Shown in pieces: positions 21,370 to 34,400 of a stretch of 64,000 nt of DNA. The DNA is from Hormiphora californensis (Eukaryota > Animalia > Ctenophora). The stretch is taken from NCBI GenBank assembly GCA_020137815.1, contig CM035362.1, forward strand, positions 930,001-994,000, written 5' to 3'. Position 1 is the stretch's first letter. The number at the start of each line of letters is the position of its first letter. The notes under the pieces were generated by a model. The model made no database searches, was not told the DNA's origin, and worked only from the letters and a program-made list of their open reading frames with translations. The position numbers were made by a program, and so were the translations under genes.

Positions 21370-22857
21370 TCAAGAGGTACTCTGTTGTTCAATCGATATC
21401 TCAATCACTATCACATTCGTATCCTCGCTGCTCGCTGCTATCTTGTTCCCCGTCCCGTTCCAACAAACCTCACTTATCACACCACCTCCCTGATAATTGT
21501 TCACCAACATTCCATCCTTCACCGCCCAAATCTTGAAACTCCTATCCACGCTCCCACTTGCTATGTACCCGCTACAAGGACTGAAACAGATCGATAACAC
21601 TGCGCTGGTGTGTCGATTGTACACCTGGAGACACTCCCCACTCTTCGCATTCCATAACCGAACCGTGCTATCTTGGGATGCTGTTGCGAAGATGAATTTC
21701 TGCTCCTTAGGTTTACTTGGCATCCACCGAACCACTTCCACACTACCAGTGTGGCCTGTTAGAGAGTGAAGACATTCCTCACTCCTCAAAGTCCACACTT
21801 TAGCTGTCTTGTCCTCGGAGCCAGTCGCCAGGTAGGTCCCCGAGTTATCCCATCTCAACACATTTACCTCCCGTTCATGGCCCTTGAAACACTTGACCGG
21901 TTTTTCTAGCCCCACCCTGCACACGTATATAATTGTGTTGTTGGAACACGCCGCGAACGTTTTATCACTCTGCCAGTGGATATCCATCGCTGCTTCCATC
22001 CTATTTCCAGGGTTGAACTTGTAATCCTGAACCTGGGCCGCCGCTTGAAGATCAATAACAACCACACTAGGTGTCATCCCGCCAGTTACCAAGTACTGAC
22101 CTTTACAGTTGAACTTTAGAGCAAATATTGGTGCACCATGGATCTTGAAGGTGTGGATCAGCTCTCCGGTGTTTCGGAAGATCTTCGTGCTTCCGTTCAA
22201 ACACCCCGATGCTAGTTGCTCCCCATTTGGACTCCAATCAAGTGCTGTGATATCTAACTTGTCATTTCCGGAGGAGGATGCGTGTTTTAGTACGATTGGC
22301 TCTCTGGTTGTATCCCGCATGTCCCAAATTCTAATAGTGCTGTCTCCTGAACCTGTCGCCAGGAGATCCGAGACGGGGTTCCAAACACAACTGAACACTT
22401 CTTTATCATGAGGGAAGTGCCTGATATTATCTTGATTCACCACAACCGTCCTTTCTTCAACTTCTTTTTCTGGTGGAGGTGGGGGAGCTGTTCTGTCCGG
22501 GGGTTGGTCATCAGTCATCCCAACTTCTTCAGTTGTTTGGGGTTCCTCTTTGGGCAGAGAGTTTGGCAGAGGTTTGGTGCTGATACCATATTCATCAGGA
22601 ATTACAGCCTCGATGAGACTGAGAGAATCAGTGTCAGCACTGATAACTCCATCCTCTGTCAGTGATACTTCAGCTTGGACAAATTGGAGACCCTTCTGTA
22701 ACAGGGTTATCAGGGCACCAGGGGGGACAAGCGTCCCATCGATGTTACAACTGTTCGTGTGGGACTCAAGGTTAAATACGAAGGCGGTGTGCTCAAATCC
22801 TGACTCCTGGAGGTATCGGTAGACTAGGTAATTCACCTCATCTGAAGTCATACACAT
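21370..22857 (-). CDS. TBL1X: TBL1/ebi LisH-WD40 corepressor subunit; single coding exon
   Basis: 495-aa ORF: TSDEVNYLVYRYLQESGFEHTAF...VPPGALITLLQKGLQF (LisH) followed by WD40 repeats (VFSCVWNP..LLATGSGDSTIRIW). Confidence 0.93.
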   Translation of the reverse strand: MCMTSDEVNYLVYRYLQESGFEHTAFVFNLESHTNSCNIDGTLVPPGALITLLQKGLQFVQAEVSLTEDGVISADTDSLSLIEAVIPDEYGISTKPLPNSLPKEEPQTTEEVGMTDDQPPDRTAPPPPPEKEVEERTVVVNQDNIRHFPHDKEVFSCVWNPVSDLLATGSGDSTIRIWDMRDTTREPIVLKHASSSGNDKLDITALDWSPNGEQLASGCLNGSTKIFRNTGELIHTFKIHGAPIFALKFNCKGQYLVTGGMTPSVVVIDLQAAAQVQDYKFNPGNRMEAAMDIHWQSDKTFAACSNNTIIYVCRVGLEKPVKCFKGHEREVNVLRWDNSGTYLATGSEDKTAKVWTLRSEECLHSLTGHTGSVEVVRWMPSKPKEQKFIFATASQDSTVRLWNAKSGECLQVYNRHTSAVLSICFSPCSGYIASGSVDRSFKIWAVKDGMLVNNYQGGGVISEVCWNGTGNKIAASSEDTNVIVIEISIEQQSTS

Positions 22858-22859
22858 TG

Positions 22860-23500
22860 CTACTAAAAATGGGATATTTTGGGTCAGTTAGTGGCCGTAT
22901 AGAGGCAGAAATAGGGGTAATTTGTAGAGAAACTGAAAAAGAAAAAGAAAAAATCACTTTTTGTCAACTTTTCGTGAATATTTTGGCTCGAATTTTTAAA
23001 CGCGCATGAATTTTAAAACTGTTGCGCGGCGTTAATTTTGGTTTTGCGCGTACAACGCGCACTTCATTTTGCTCGGAATTCGTCCTCTAAAAAAGTATGA
23101 CTTGCGGAGTAAATTACGAGTTGGCCAGCTCAGCCAATGAAATGGCGCTAATTAGGTCACGTGGTCATATCACGTGACCGTGTGTTTCCTCGGTCAAGTC
23201 ACTTTGTAATTCAACCCACAGTCCGGCGCGACTGTTTTGTAAAGGCGTCTCCTGTTCAGCAGATACACACTGTCACTCCCCAAATCTGTTCACCCCTCCT
23301 CACTCTTATCGGTTACACGTCACCGTTCTATGTTCTCTCTTTCTCTCTCTTCATCTCTCACATTATAACACTCACTAACGTCTTTCTTCCCCCGTTTTCT
23401 GTCACAATTAACGGTGTGCGTGTATAATACTTTTCTCTCTAACTATATCCACCCCTCCCACTAACAATACATCTTCCCTGTGAGAACAGGTGGTTTCTCA
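22860..23500. promoter_or_regulatory. Putative bidirectional promoter TBL1/INTS6
   Basis: Head-to-head ATGs ~670 bp apart; CGCG cluster 23000-23060, CCAAT ~23134, paired E-boxes GGTCACGTGG/TCACGTGACC 23155-23179. Confidence 0.55.
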
Positions 23501-23529
23501 CAACCCGCAATTTATGTCACGGAGCAAAT

Positions 23530-26500
23530 ATGGCGATAATCCTCTTTCTCGTCGATACCTCCGGATCCATGAATCAACGGACATTCCTGGGCCAAACTTA
23601 TCTTGATCAAGCGAGAATTGCCATCGAGTTCTTTTTAAAAGTAAGATATTAAATAACACATTTCACATATTTCACAATTTTCATAATTCCTCTACATTTT
23701 CTCACCATCCCCCCTCTCTTCTCCACCCACAGATTCGTGCGAAAGATCCTGCGAACTGGAAGGATCGGTACATGCTGGTCACCTGCGAGGACTTCCCAGC
23801 CGGAATCAAAGTAGGTGGCAGTATTTTTCTCTCTTCTATTTCTTGATGGGCAGGTATAACAAAATGGGATAGTTCTAGCGCCCCAGCCTTACCGAGCTAA
23901 ATTTAAAATCCGTCCCCTATTTGATGGGATATCAGCTTTCTTTTCTATCTTTCTCTGTCTTCTCGTGTTATAGAGAGGGAAGATGAATGTTTGTGTTTGT
24001 GCCACAATGAGAGATGAGCAAGGGTGAGAGAAAGAGCGAGAAATAGAGAGAGAAAGTTAGTACAAATGCTAGTGAAGTAGGAAGTAAGAAGGAGAAAGTA
24101 AGATCTGAGAGATTGAAGAGAACTGCAGCACAGTGCTCGGTAGCTCAGTGGCCGTAATCAGAGAAAGCGTTTCTGTGTGTATGTGTAGCACAGCCCTTGC
24201 ATACTCATTTGCACACACATACATACACACAGCTCAGAATCTCACATTCTCTGCACTTCTAAAAATCCCTGCTCCACGCGCTGCGGATGCAGGCCACTGG
24301 AGCGACTGCCAGGAAATCGAACTAACGAGCGACAGAGGCACAAGGCCTGTGGATGTACGAGTACGGATAGATCTGGACATTCATCTAACTCTGAGCTAGT
24401 TTTCTCTCGACTATCTAGGATCTCTTGTTCTCTCTTTATCTTCTATCCTTAGTCTTCTACCTTATCTCTCTCTAATCTCCTCTTTCCAATTCTACTTGTC
24501 CCTTTGATCCTCTTTATCTCCTCTACAACTATTATACCTGTTGACCTTTGGCTCTTCGTAGTCTCATTCTTACTCTCTGCATTTCATACCTCTCTCTCAT
24601 CTTCTCTAGACTACTAGATAGATACATGAGCTTCTCCTTTGTGTTATACACCTGTCAGTAACACAGAGATAAATTTTAGTGGAACACTAGTTGGCTGTTG
24701 CAGGGAGAGGTAGGGGTCTTTGTGTAGTACCATCTCTCCAGTACACAGAATTTTAAAAATTGCTGCTTTCTAGGGGGAATAGAGGGGGATGGAGACCTCA
24801 TAGACGATGAGAAATCCGATATACTAAGGTTTTGGGTCTACACTGTTCACGATAGAAGGGAAAGGGGTTAATAGGGGAATAGAAAAGAGAGAGAGAGAGT
24901 GAAGGGTAAACGGTTGTAAGGAGCAGGGATAGTGGGAGTGCGTAGAACGGGATCTAAAAAATTGGGAAAGGGAAGAGGTAAGAAACACAGCCAAAAAGTG
25001 GGATAAGTGGTCGGGGAGAACCCGGGGGAACCAATTCGTCTACATTGGTCCTTGGGGGGAAAGATCCCCAAGGGGGATAGAGGCAGGGGGTTTTAAAGGG
25101 GAGGGGGGAAAGGGGGGGGGGCGGGGAAGGGAGCGAAAACAAGAAAGGGGGGGGGTCCGGGGGGGGGAAGGAAGGGAAGAAGGTGAGGGGGGGAGAACGC
25201 GGGGGCCCGAAGAAGCAAAAAGGAGGGGAGAGAAGATAAACAGAGAGGAAATGGAAAAGCCGGGGTTGAGGAAGGGGTTAAAGGGGGCTGGGGGGGGAAA
25301 TTTCCCCGGGGGAAAAATGTTAACCACTTATACTCATTTTCAAAAAATAATCACACACAGTTTCAGAATCTCCCATTTTATCCATGTCTCTCACCGTCTT
25401 TTTTCCTTTTTCCTCTCTCTTCCCTCTCTGCTCTCTTCCCCCCTCTACCCTCTCGTCCTCTCCTCCGGGTCCTCAGCTCCTCGCGCTGCTAGCCTCTATC
25501 CTTCTGCCGCTCTCATGTCTCATCTCTCGCTCTCTCCTCCCTACTCTCTTCACTCCTCTTCTCTCTGTTCTTGCTCCTATATATATCTACCTGTTGTACC
25601 ACGCTACTATCTCATTCTACCTTCTGCATTATATACACTCCCTCACTTCCTATGTACTACTATAATGATACAGAGCTTCCTTTGTGTATACCACCTCCAG
25701 TAAAACAGAGAAAGTGGGAACAAAGTTGGCTGCGTGCCGGGGGAGGGAGGGGGTCGGTAGTTACCATCTCTTTCCATATCTCTATTTTATTTCTCTCCCT
25801 TTTTTCTCGAGAGTTTAATAGAAATAGGAGACCTACATAGATGAGATAAAGTTAGATATAGGAAGCGGTATGAGGGAGTGGTACATCTTGTTCATCATGC
25901 AATAGAGAGAGGGGGGTAGAGAGAGTGGGAGAGAGGGGAGGAGGGTAGAGTGAGGGGAAGACTGAAGAGTGACAGAGACAGATAGAGAGACAGAGACAGA
26001 TAGTGTGGTATAATAGATGTACCCTTGAAGACAATAATTGGCCTGCCCGCGCTTTAAAGTCAATGTGGTAATATACCTTGTGGGTCTCTCTGTGTGTGTG
26101 AGAACACAGTTGCAGTGCACAACTATTATACACAGTACAGAATACACATCTGTTTCCTACGTCTAAACATATTCTCTAACTCTCCTCTCTCACGAAGCCC
26201 AGCGAGCTGCCGCCGCGATGCCCGAGCCTCGCATCCTCCCTCCCATCTCCTCCTCGTCGCGCGCCCGATGTAGGGTACTGCGCCCTGCCGACCGCGCTCC
26301 TCGAGAGCTCCCGCAAGATCCGAGGCTCGCGGACGCGACCTAGTCGCGCGATAGCTGCTCGGGCTACTCGCGAGTAGCGACGCGAATAGATCTAGTAACC
26401 CAACGTTCTCCAGGCCCATCCTTACCTCTCTTCATGACATCTCCCTACAAGAGTTATCCGAGGCTCTCTGTCGCGACTAGAATTATGTCTACTCTTTTCC

Positions 26501-28384
26501 TCTGAGCTTCGATCTCAACTTCTTCTCGTCGCTAGGCAGCGTCTTCTCCTGATCCTCCACTCTCGATATTATCTCGCTCTGCTCTTTCCCTCTTTATTGG
26601 TCATTCTCTCTCTTCCTCTCTGCATAGGTACCTCTTTCTCTCTTCTGCTTAACTTTCGGCTATCTCTCTTTCTTTTAGTACACTGTACATACTGCTTTTT
26701 CTTTTATCATAAATTCATGCATGCTGGCTAGAATTCATGGAGAGGAAAAAGAGAGAAAAGTGAGAGAGAGAGAAAGAGAGAGAGAGAGCGAGAGAGAAAG
26801 AGAAATAGCCAACATAGTAAGATGGTAGCAAGGCATGGTAGCAAAAAGACAAATGCGTTCACTTGGTAGTTGGGTATGTCATCATTGGTTCGAATTGCAA
26901 CACTGAAACCTCATGATCTTCTGAGGCTGAATTCCTTTGAAAAGGGAAACACATGAGGGGTTGGGACAGGTACTGTTCCTTTTTCAGAAACTGCCCCGCC
27001 CCTAAATCAATCATTGACAGGTTCCACTGTCTCTGATAGTGCAGCGGCCACTGTTATAACCTGTCAAATGTGCTGTCGCAAGTCTCAAGTTGTCTTGCTC
27101 GGCCCTATTCCCCGTCTCAACTAGTCATAGATGGAAGCCTCCTTCATTCTTTAGATCCCCTTGCTCAATATGTTATAGATCGGGGTCCCAATCCTAGGTC
27201 ACAGGTATTAAGATACTGCGTAATGAATAGGGAGACGCCGATCTCCCAGGCATCTCTGTTATCATTTTATTTCCCAACCCATTCTTCCATGATTCTGTGC
27301 CAATGTGTCCAACTCTCAAGTCTCAAGTCTAGCGAGAGTGTTGTATACCATCACTTTTCCGCCGACAAAAGAGTGTGTATGAGTGTGTGTGGGGGGAGCC
27401 AAATTAGGTTTAGGTTGTTAGAGTAGGGTGCAAGGAAGGCGATGAGAGAGAAACCCTTGAAAGAACCTAAAAATATCCTAAGAATCCCAAACAATGCTAG
27501 AACACACTAGATTTGTAACAAATTACTGGCTGATTTAACTGCCCAATTTTCGTTTTTCTACTGTATAATTTCAGTTAATTATCATAACAGTCATTTCATG
27601 TTGGTATTATGGAGGAGTGAGAGAGAGTTCCCCTAAATATCGATGAAATATCTTTTGGAGAGAACGCGATCTTCATGACCGGGTTATGGAACTGAATACA
27701 CAGGGTTAAAAATGAAGTGGGTTTAATTACCAGAGAGTGAAGCTTTTAGAAATTCATTCAATGATCTCGAATATAAAATACTCCCTCTTCTTTGTTGCTT
27801 TTAATATCTCTCTTTCTTCCTCTCCTCTCTCTCTATCACCCCTCTCTCTCTATCACCCCTCTCTCTATCACCCCCTCTCTTTCTCCCATATCTCATTTGG
27901 GTCCATATTAGGTTTTTTAGTTAACATTGACGGTTTTATAGTCGAGTAGAGAATACAACCTGATAATTGATATTGAACTGGCAGTATCTAAATGGTGATC
28001 CCATAGTGATAGATACCTATAACACATTATAAGTACTAAGTAGGTTGGTTAATAATCATGGTTAATAAATCATCAAGTCGATACTTATCCTGTTAATGAC
28101 TTTTAGCTAAGTTATGTCAGCTAAAAGCTGATTGGCCAATTACATGACAACTTTGTAATTGTTCATATATTTAGTTCATATATGAACAAATGGAGATATG
28201 CCAAAGAACCTCCGAGAAAGAGGGAGAATTTAGATAGAAATATGATAGAAAAATGATAGAGAGAGGGAGAGAGAATGTTATATCCATTGATGCTCGCTGC
28301 AGTACACACGGACAGACAAATCACGAGGTTTACACTGCCACCAGTGACATCGTGTGATCTAACACAGAACTGTCATTACCACCA

Positions 28385-28476
<92 letters not shown>

Positions 28477-31400
28477 TCTCCCATCTCTCTCTCTCTCTCT
28501 CCCTCTCTCTCTCTCACTCTAATTCTCTATATATATATATCTCTCTCTCTCACTCAATTTCAATTTGACAGTGCTTTTACTCACCTGCTTATTCATTCAA
28601 GAACTAATGAAGTAGCCGACAGTGGTCAAAATTAGGGCGTGTGTGTGAGTGGAAGAGAGAGAAATGGGATGACAGGACGAGAGAGAGGAAATTCAAGGAA
28701 AACACCCGATACTATTTATCCTAATCATAGCTAATGATTAACATTGCTAATGAATATATTATCTTCCCCCGTCTTCTACCCCAGATCTGTATCTCCACGT
28801 CCCCATAATTCTCACTTTCCTAACCCCCCCTCCTCCCCCACACAGGTTGGTTGGAGAGATGTGTCACGTGACCCGACCCCCACCACATTCTTTAGAGAGG
28901 AGCTCTCCAAGTTGGTAGCGACCAGCATGACAAACCTTGGTGCAGCGCTTAAAAATAGTCTGGATCTGCTGAATGTGCACCGGGTCCAGAATGGTCTGGA
29001 TAACTATGGACAGGTTAGTGATCCCCCTAGTAGCTACATGTTAACATGGACTCTAGACTAGAGCAATGAACATGTTAAAACCTGAAGAAGAGATTGATGT
29101 GCTGGCAAGCGCACATATTGTTGCCACTTTTCCCCGTCTTCGGACGATTTATACTTAGATCGAGAGAGAGAGTGCGAGATCTTAATACTTATAGAGAGAG
29201 TGCGAGATTTCACTTTTCACCCCCTGTACTGTAGCAGCACACTTGAGACATGATGCTGCATATATACATATGATGTCAGAATATACTGAGTATACTGGAT
29301 ACAAACCCATGTGTACTAAATATATCCGGCCATAATTCTATCATTCTATCTCCCCTCCTGTTACACGCACGCAGTGTTTCTGGCAAACTTCCAATTTCCA
29401 ATGTGTCGTAACATCCTTGTAATTGTGCCTAATTTGGCGCATGTTCTTAAATGAAGCTATTCGTCATGCTCTAGAACTAAGTGACCAAATTTAATCCTCT
29501 TTTATAAGTTAATTTAATCCTCTTTTATAAGTTTTACCTATCACCTTTTTAACCCCTCATTATGATTGATTTTACATGACTGATGATCTAACACTTCCAG
29601 GGTCGCAACCCGTTCCTGTTGGAACCCGCTATCGTTGTGATAATATCCGATGGATGCAAGTTGACCAACACCCAAACCGTTACCGACACTGTATGTACAA
29701 TTATTTGTTGTGTTGGGGAGGGGACAAAGCGAGAGGGAAGATATAGAGGGAGTGGAGAGAGGGGGGAGGTAGGACATAGAGAGCGTAGTACAGAGATATT
29801 GGAGAGAACTACTGCACAAAAAGAGAGGGGAGAGAGAAAGACACAGAGAGAGATGGTAAGGAGAGAATGAGAGAGGGGGAGAGAGAGATGAAGAAGAGAA
29901 TGAGAGAGAGGGGGAGAGAGATAGAGAATGGTATGTCCCACGTTTACGTTGCTGCAGCGTGAGAGGGGGTAGCAGATCGGCTATCAATTTAGCGAGTAGG
30001 CTTCTCTCAGTTCAGCTACGCGCGCGGCTCCTCTCTCTATAAAAGCAAGCCACTGTCAGCCATTCCAACTACTGAAATGCTGTACTCTCCTGCGCCGCGC
30101 ATAGTAAGCTTTGTTTTGGCGCTGACAAGGGCTTCCAATCATATCCTGTCGGTAATTACTAATTATAGCATTAATTTGACTTAAATCATGGGTGGCGATA
30201 TGAATAATTAATTAAATAAATCTCATTTTCAGTTAACCCTACCAATGAATTCAACTTTTCCCGGATGTGAACTGACAAAAGATCCCTTCCGATGGGATCA
30301 ACGGATATTCTCTCTTGTTCTCCGATTTAAAGGGAACGTTGACAATGACTTTGTGGAAAATGTCCCCTTTGACAGCCAGATTAATGCTATGTGTGAGGTG
30401 ACCGGAGGTACGTGGATCTTGGAAACTCGTGTGACGTCACAACTCAAAACTTGTGACGTCACATGTTCGTCACGAACTGTTGAAAATGAAAAGTCTCATT
30501 CAGCTGACTATGAAATTTAATAACCTGTTTTTTACTCTCTTTAAATTTAATCCCTTCTCGGCAGGTCGATCGTATGCAGTTGCCACGAAGAAGTCCCTAT
30601 TTCAAGCCCTTGAATCAATAAACACTAAAATTCTGAATGGTGTGGTCCTGCACTTTGAACATCTAGAAGGAGAGAGGAACCTGGCAGCCGAATGTAATTG
30701 GAGGATAACAAAACGAATGATAATGGTTAACAAATCCAATCCAAATCAGTTGGCTCATTGGCCCATACCTGAGTGTTTCTGGCCATCACGGGACAGCAGG
30801 CCTATCAGGACCGCTCTACCTATCATACACTTTAGGTAATACAATCTCAGAGTTGTTCTAGTCTGTTTAGTCTAAGCCCTCGCTTCATTCCCCTAAATAC
30901 AAATAAATCTTAACTAACCAATCTCTCTATAACCCCACAGTTCTGAGAGTCGTCGTGTGAATGTCATTGAGAACCTCCCCTTTGATAAATATGAGCTGGA
31001 ACCCTCACCTCTAACCCAGTACATATTGGAGTTGAGACAGCCTAATGTATGCTGGCAGACATTTGTTAAGAGCAGTGGTAGAGATAAACGTAAGTTCAAC
31101 AGCTCCAGATTTATAGTTCTTGATAACCAATCAAGCAGTTGTGTAGTGTCTCCCCACCTCAATTATATAGCATTTTAATGCCCGATGGTTACAGCTATCT
31201 CTCCCTTGTCCCTCCAGTACTAAATCTCACAACTATCTCACTCCTAAAGTCCACAATCTCAACTATCCCCCCCCCCTATAACACCCCCCCCCCCTCAGTA
31301 CTTAAACCGTTTGGATACCTGAAAGCCAGTATAAAAGGGAATGCAGTGAACCTCTTTGTGATGCCATACAACTACCCAGTGTTATTCCCCCTTCTTGAGA

Positions 31401-34400
31401 GTCTGATTCGGGAACACAAGCTGCACCCTAACAGTCACTGGCTAGACGAGTTTAAAACTTATCTCGCTAACATTCCACTATACTACCATGCTGTAAGTAG
31501 ATTGGATTAGAAGGATTGTTATGTACTACCGGGGGGGGGGGGGGGGGGGGGGACATGTTAATTGTTAATAAATCACCTCTTTTTTCGATTTTGTTAATTA
31601 ACGTTAATTAACAAAATTAACAAAATTAACAAATGCTAAAAGACTGTTCTTATCGGTTGATAATACGACTTTAACTGGTTTAATTTTATAGTTTAATGAC
31701 TTACCTAACACATATATACCCAAACAAGGCCTCTTCTGGTAACCAAAGTCCGACATAAAGGTTTTTTGGCTCAAAATCGATAAAATCCAAAAGTTACAAA
31801 TATTTCAATTTAGCGTATAAAATCTCACTTTAACGTAATTTTTTCATAGATAATCGATTCTTTTAACGAAAGAAGATGATGTACAACGTTTCTGTTGGAA
31901 AAATAAATACAATTTTTCAAAAATCAATTTTTTGGTCAAAGATTGAAAATTTGCTTCGCTACAAATCCTTGTGTTTTTTTAGAAAAATTGATTTTTGGGA
32001 TATTTTTGATTTTTAGGTAAATTCATGAGTCTTAATTAGGTTTTAGAGTTGGAAAATGTGAATTAGGGTCATTTGACTTCAATTGTGGTTTAGTTTAGCT
32101 AGTTTTATTAAAAGGTACACAATGGAACAAATCGCTGTAGAAAAGCCGTAGTAGAGGTAGTATGGGTATGCAAATCGTGCAAAAGGAACAACTTTGCTCG
32201 CAGAACAAGTGTTTAATACCAAAAACACGTGCTAAAGGGGATTTAGATGGCATAAATGGCATTTGTTAACGTTTGTTAACTTTTTGTTAATTTTGTTAAT
32301 AAATCACCTGTTTTCTCGATGTTAATATTAACAAAGTTAACAAAATTAACATGTCCCCCCCCCCCCCCCCGTACTACCAGACCCTTTTTCGCTATGCTAA
32401 ATGTAGAGCCCGGGAAAGGGAGCATGGAAGTTAGGGTCATTCAAAGTGGGATTGTATGTTCTAATTTCTAAACCACAATCTAACCCATTATTTCCCAGCC
32501 GCTAAAAGTGGCCCTAAAACGGATGGGTCTACCCGGACCCCTGTTATCACTGGTCCCTGAAGGTGCGGACCTATTCCACAACTACCTGAAGCAACTGAAA
32601 CTATCTGCCAAGACTCGAGCTACTGAGTAAGTTGTATTTGTGATTCTTGAATCAATTGATCTGTAATCACGAGAACTGCCCGATAATCAAACAAATATTC
32701 TAGTTCCTCAGCTCACACATTCTCTCTATTCTCAGATACCTGGATGCGATCCGACCCAAGACAGTGTCAACACTTAGATCTTCCTCGACCTCACGTAACT
32801 GCAGCCGATATTCTGAGCGAGAGAAACCAAAGTAAATGCAGTATAAACAGCAAAACTGTAAGTGTTCATTCAACCACTCTTACGCCTAATTTTAAATTGA
32901 CTACCTCTTCCCTTGCTCTCGATGTTATACGAGACACCAGGAGACAAGTATCATGGTTTAGTTTGACGTTTCCTATTCCTCACAGGTGTGTGAAGAGACT
33001 GGCCTCTACAGAAATCCCTACGATATTCCGGTATCCCAGTTAAGGGCCCAATTATCCCAAATTAGGAGGGAGTTAGGAGTTAGTACCCAGAGGGCTCCTA
33101 CTAACACTACCGGGGACCGACTAGCAGGTGAGTTTAGAGTGGTTTAGAGTTGGTACTGTCAATTATAGTTAGTTGTCTGTTCTATGAATCAGTCGTGTGT
33201 CTGACTGTACACACAGATAAGAACAGCCCAAGAAAATAAAGGGTTTCGCCCCCGTTTCTTTTTCAACAAGCTATTGAATTCCCCCCCCCCCTCTCCAGAT
33301 GCGAGAGCGAAGTTGAACCTGCCCAACTCTAAGATGGGTGATTACCAGGAGGTTCTGGCAAGGGCACTACGTCCTGTTGATGTCTTCCAACGAAACACAA
33401 TGTTCGGCAACCCTTACAAACTTGGAAACAGCGGCTCAAAGGTGGGTGTCTTTTTCTGATAATCCTCTCTCTTGAAACTTACTAACCTAGCTAGAGCCTA
33501 GATTTTCTGGTTATCCTTATATAATTCTCCCTGGTTCCCTAATCCCTAAATCCCCTCTAACATCCTGCCCCACCCTTTACAGAAGCCAATGATGATGATG
33601 ATGGTAGCTGATGAGGCGCAGGTAGACGACATCTCCCAGAACAAGCTAACTAACAGACGCAGACAACTCCCTCTCAAACCCTACCTCGCACCCTCACCGC
33701 CAGTTAACCATGGTGGTGCCACAACGCCCCCTCCCTCCTCGCCACAGCTAACACCCCCTAACACGCTCCCATCACCTGTGGAGCACATGGAAGTGCACAG
33801 CCCACCCCAACCACCAGTCAGCAGTAAGTGAAGGGAGTTAGCTGTGTCTCGTGGACAAATCTTTCATTTATTCCCTTGCCCCATATTACAAACGACGGTT
33901 TGTGAAGTCTTGGACTTGACACCCAGTTATCCCACAACTAACATATATAATTCCAGTTCTAACACCCCTATCTCTCTCTCAGCACCGCCACTGGTATTTG
34001 ATAAGCGACCTGCACCACCACCAGTTCCAGTTGCCCCACCTCCCCCTCAGCCACTCTCAATACCAGATGGAATGCCTCTAAAACTCCGACAACCCTCCCC
34101 TAAGACAACCAACCCCACACCCTTCTTTTCACCTACTGATACAGACATCGCAGCAGCAATCGGTAAGTGCAGATCCCAACCTCGGAGTTACTTATGTTAA
34201 AACTTACACGGATACCCGGGGTGATTCACCCCATCCATTACCTCCCAACTACCCCGCCTCTAACCACCCTATTACCTCACATCCAACCTCACCTCTATCG
34301 ACTAACCGCATCTAACCACAACCTCCCTGTACAGGTAGCGGTAACAGTAACGGTGTTTCCTCCGACAAATCCTCCCCTGCCACTGGGGCCACCACAACCA

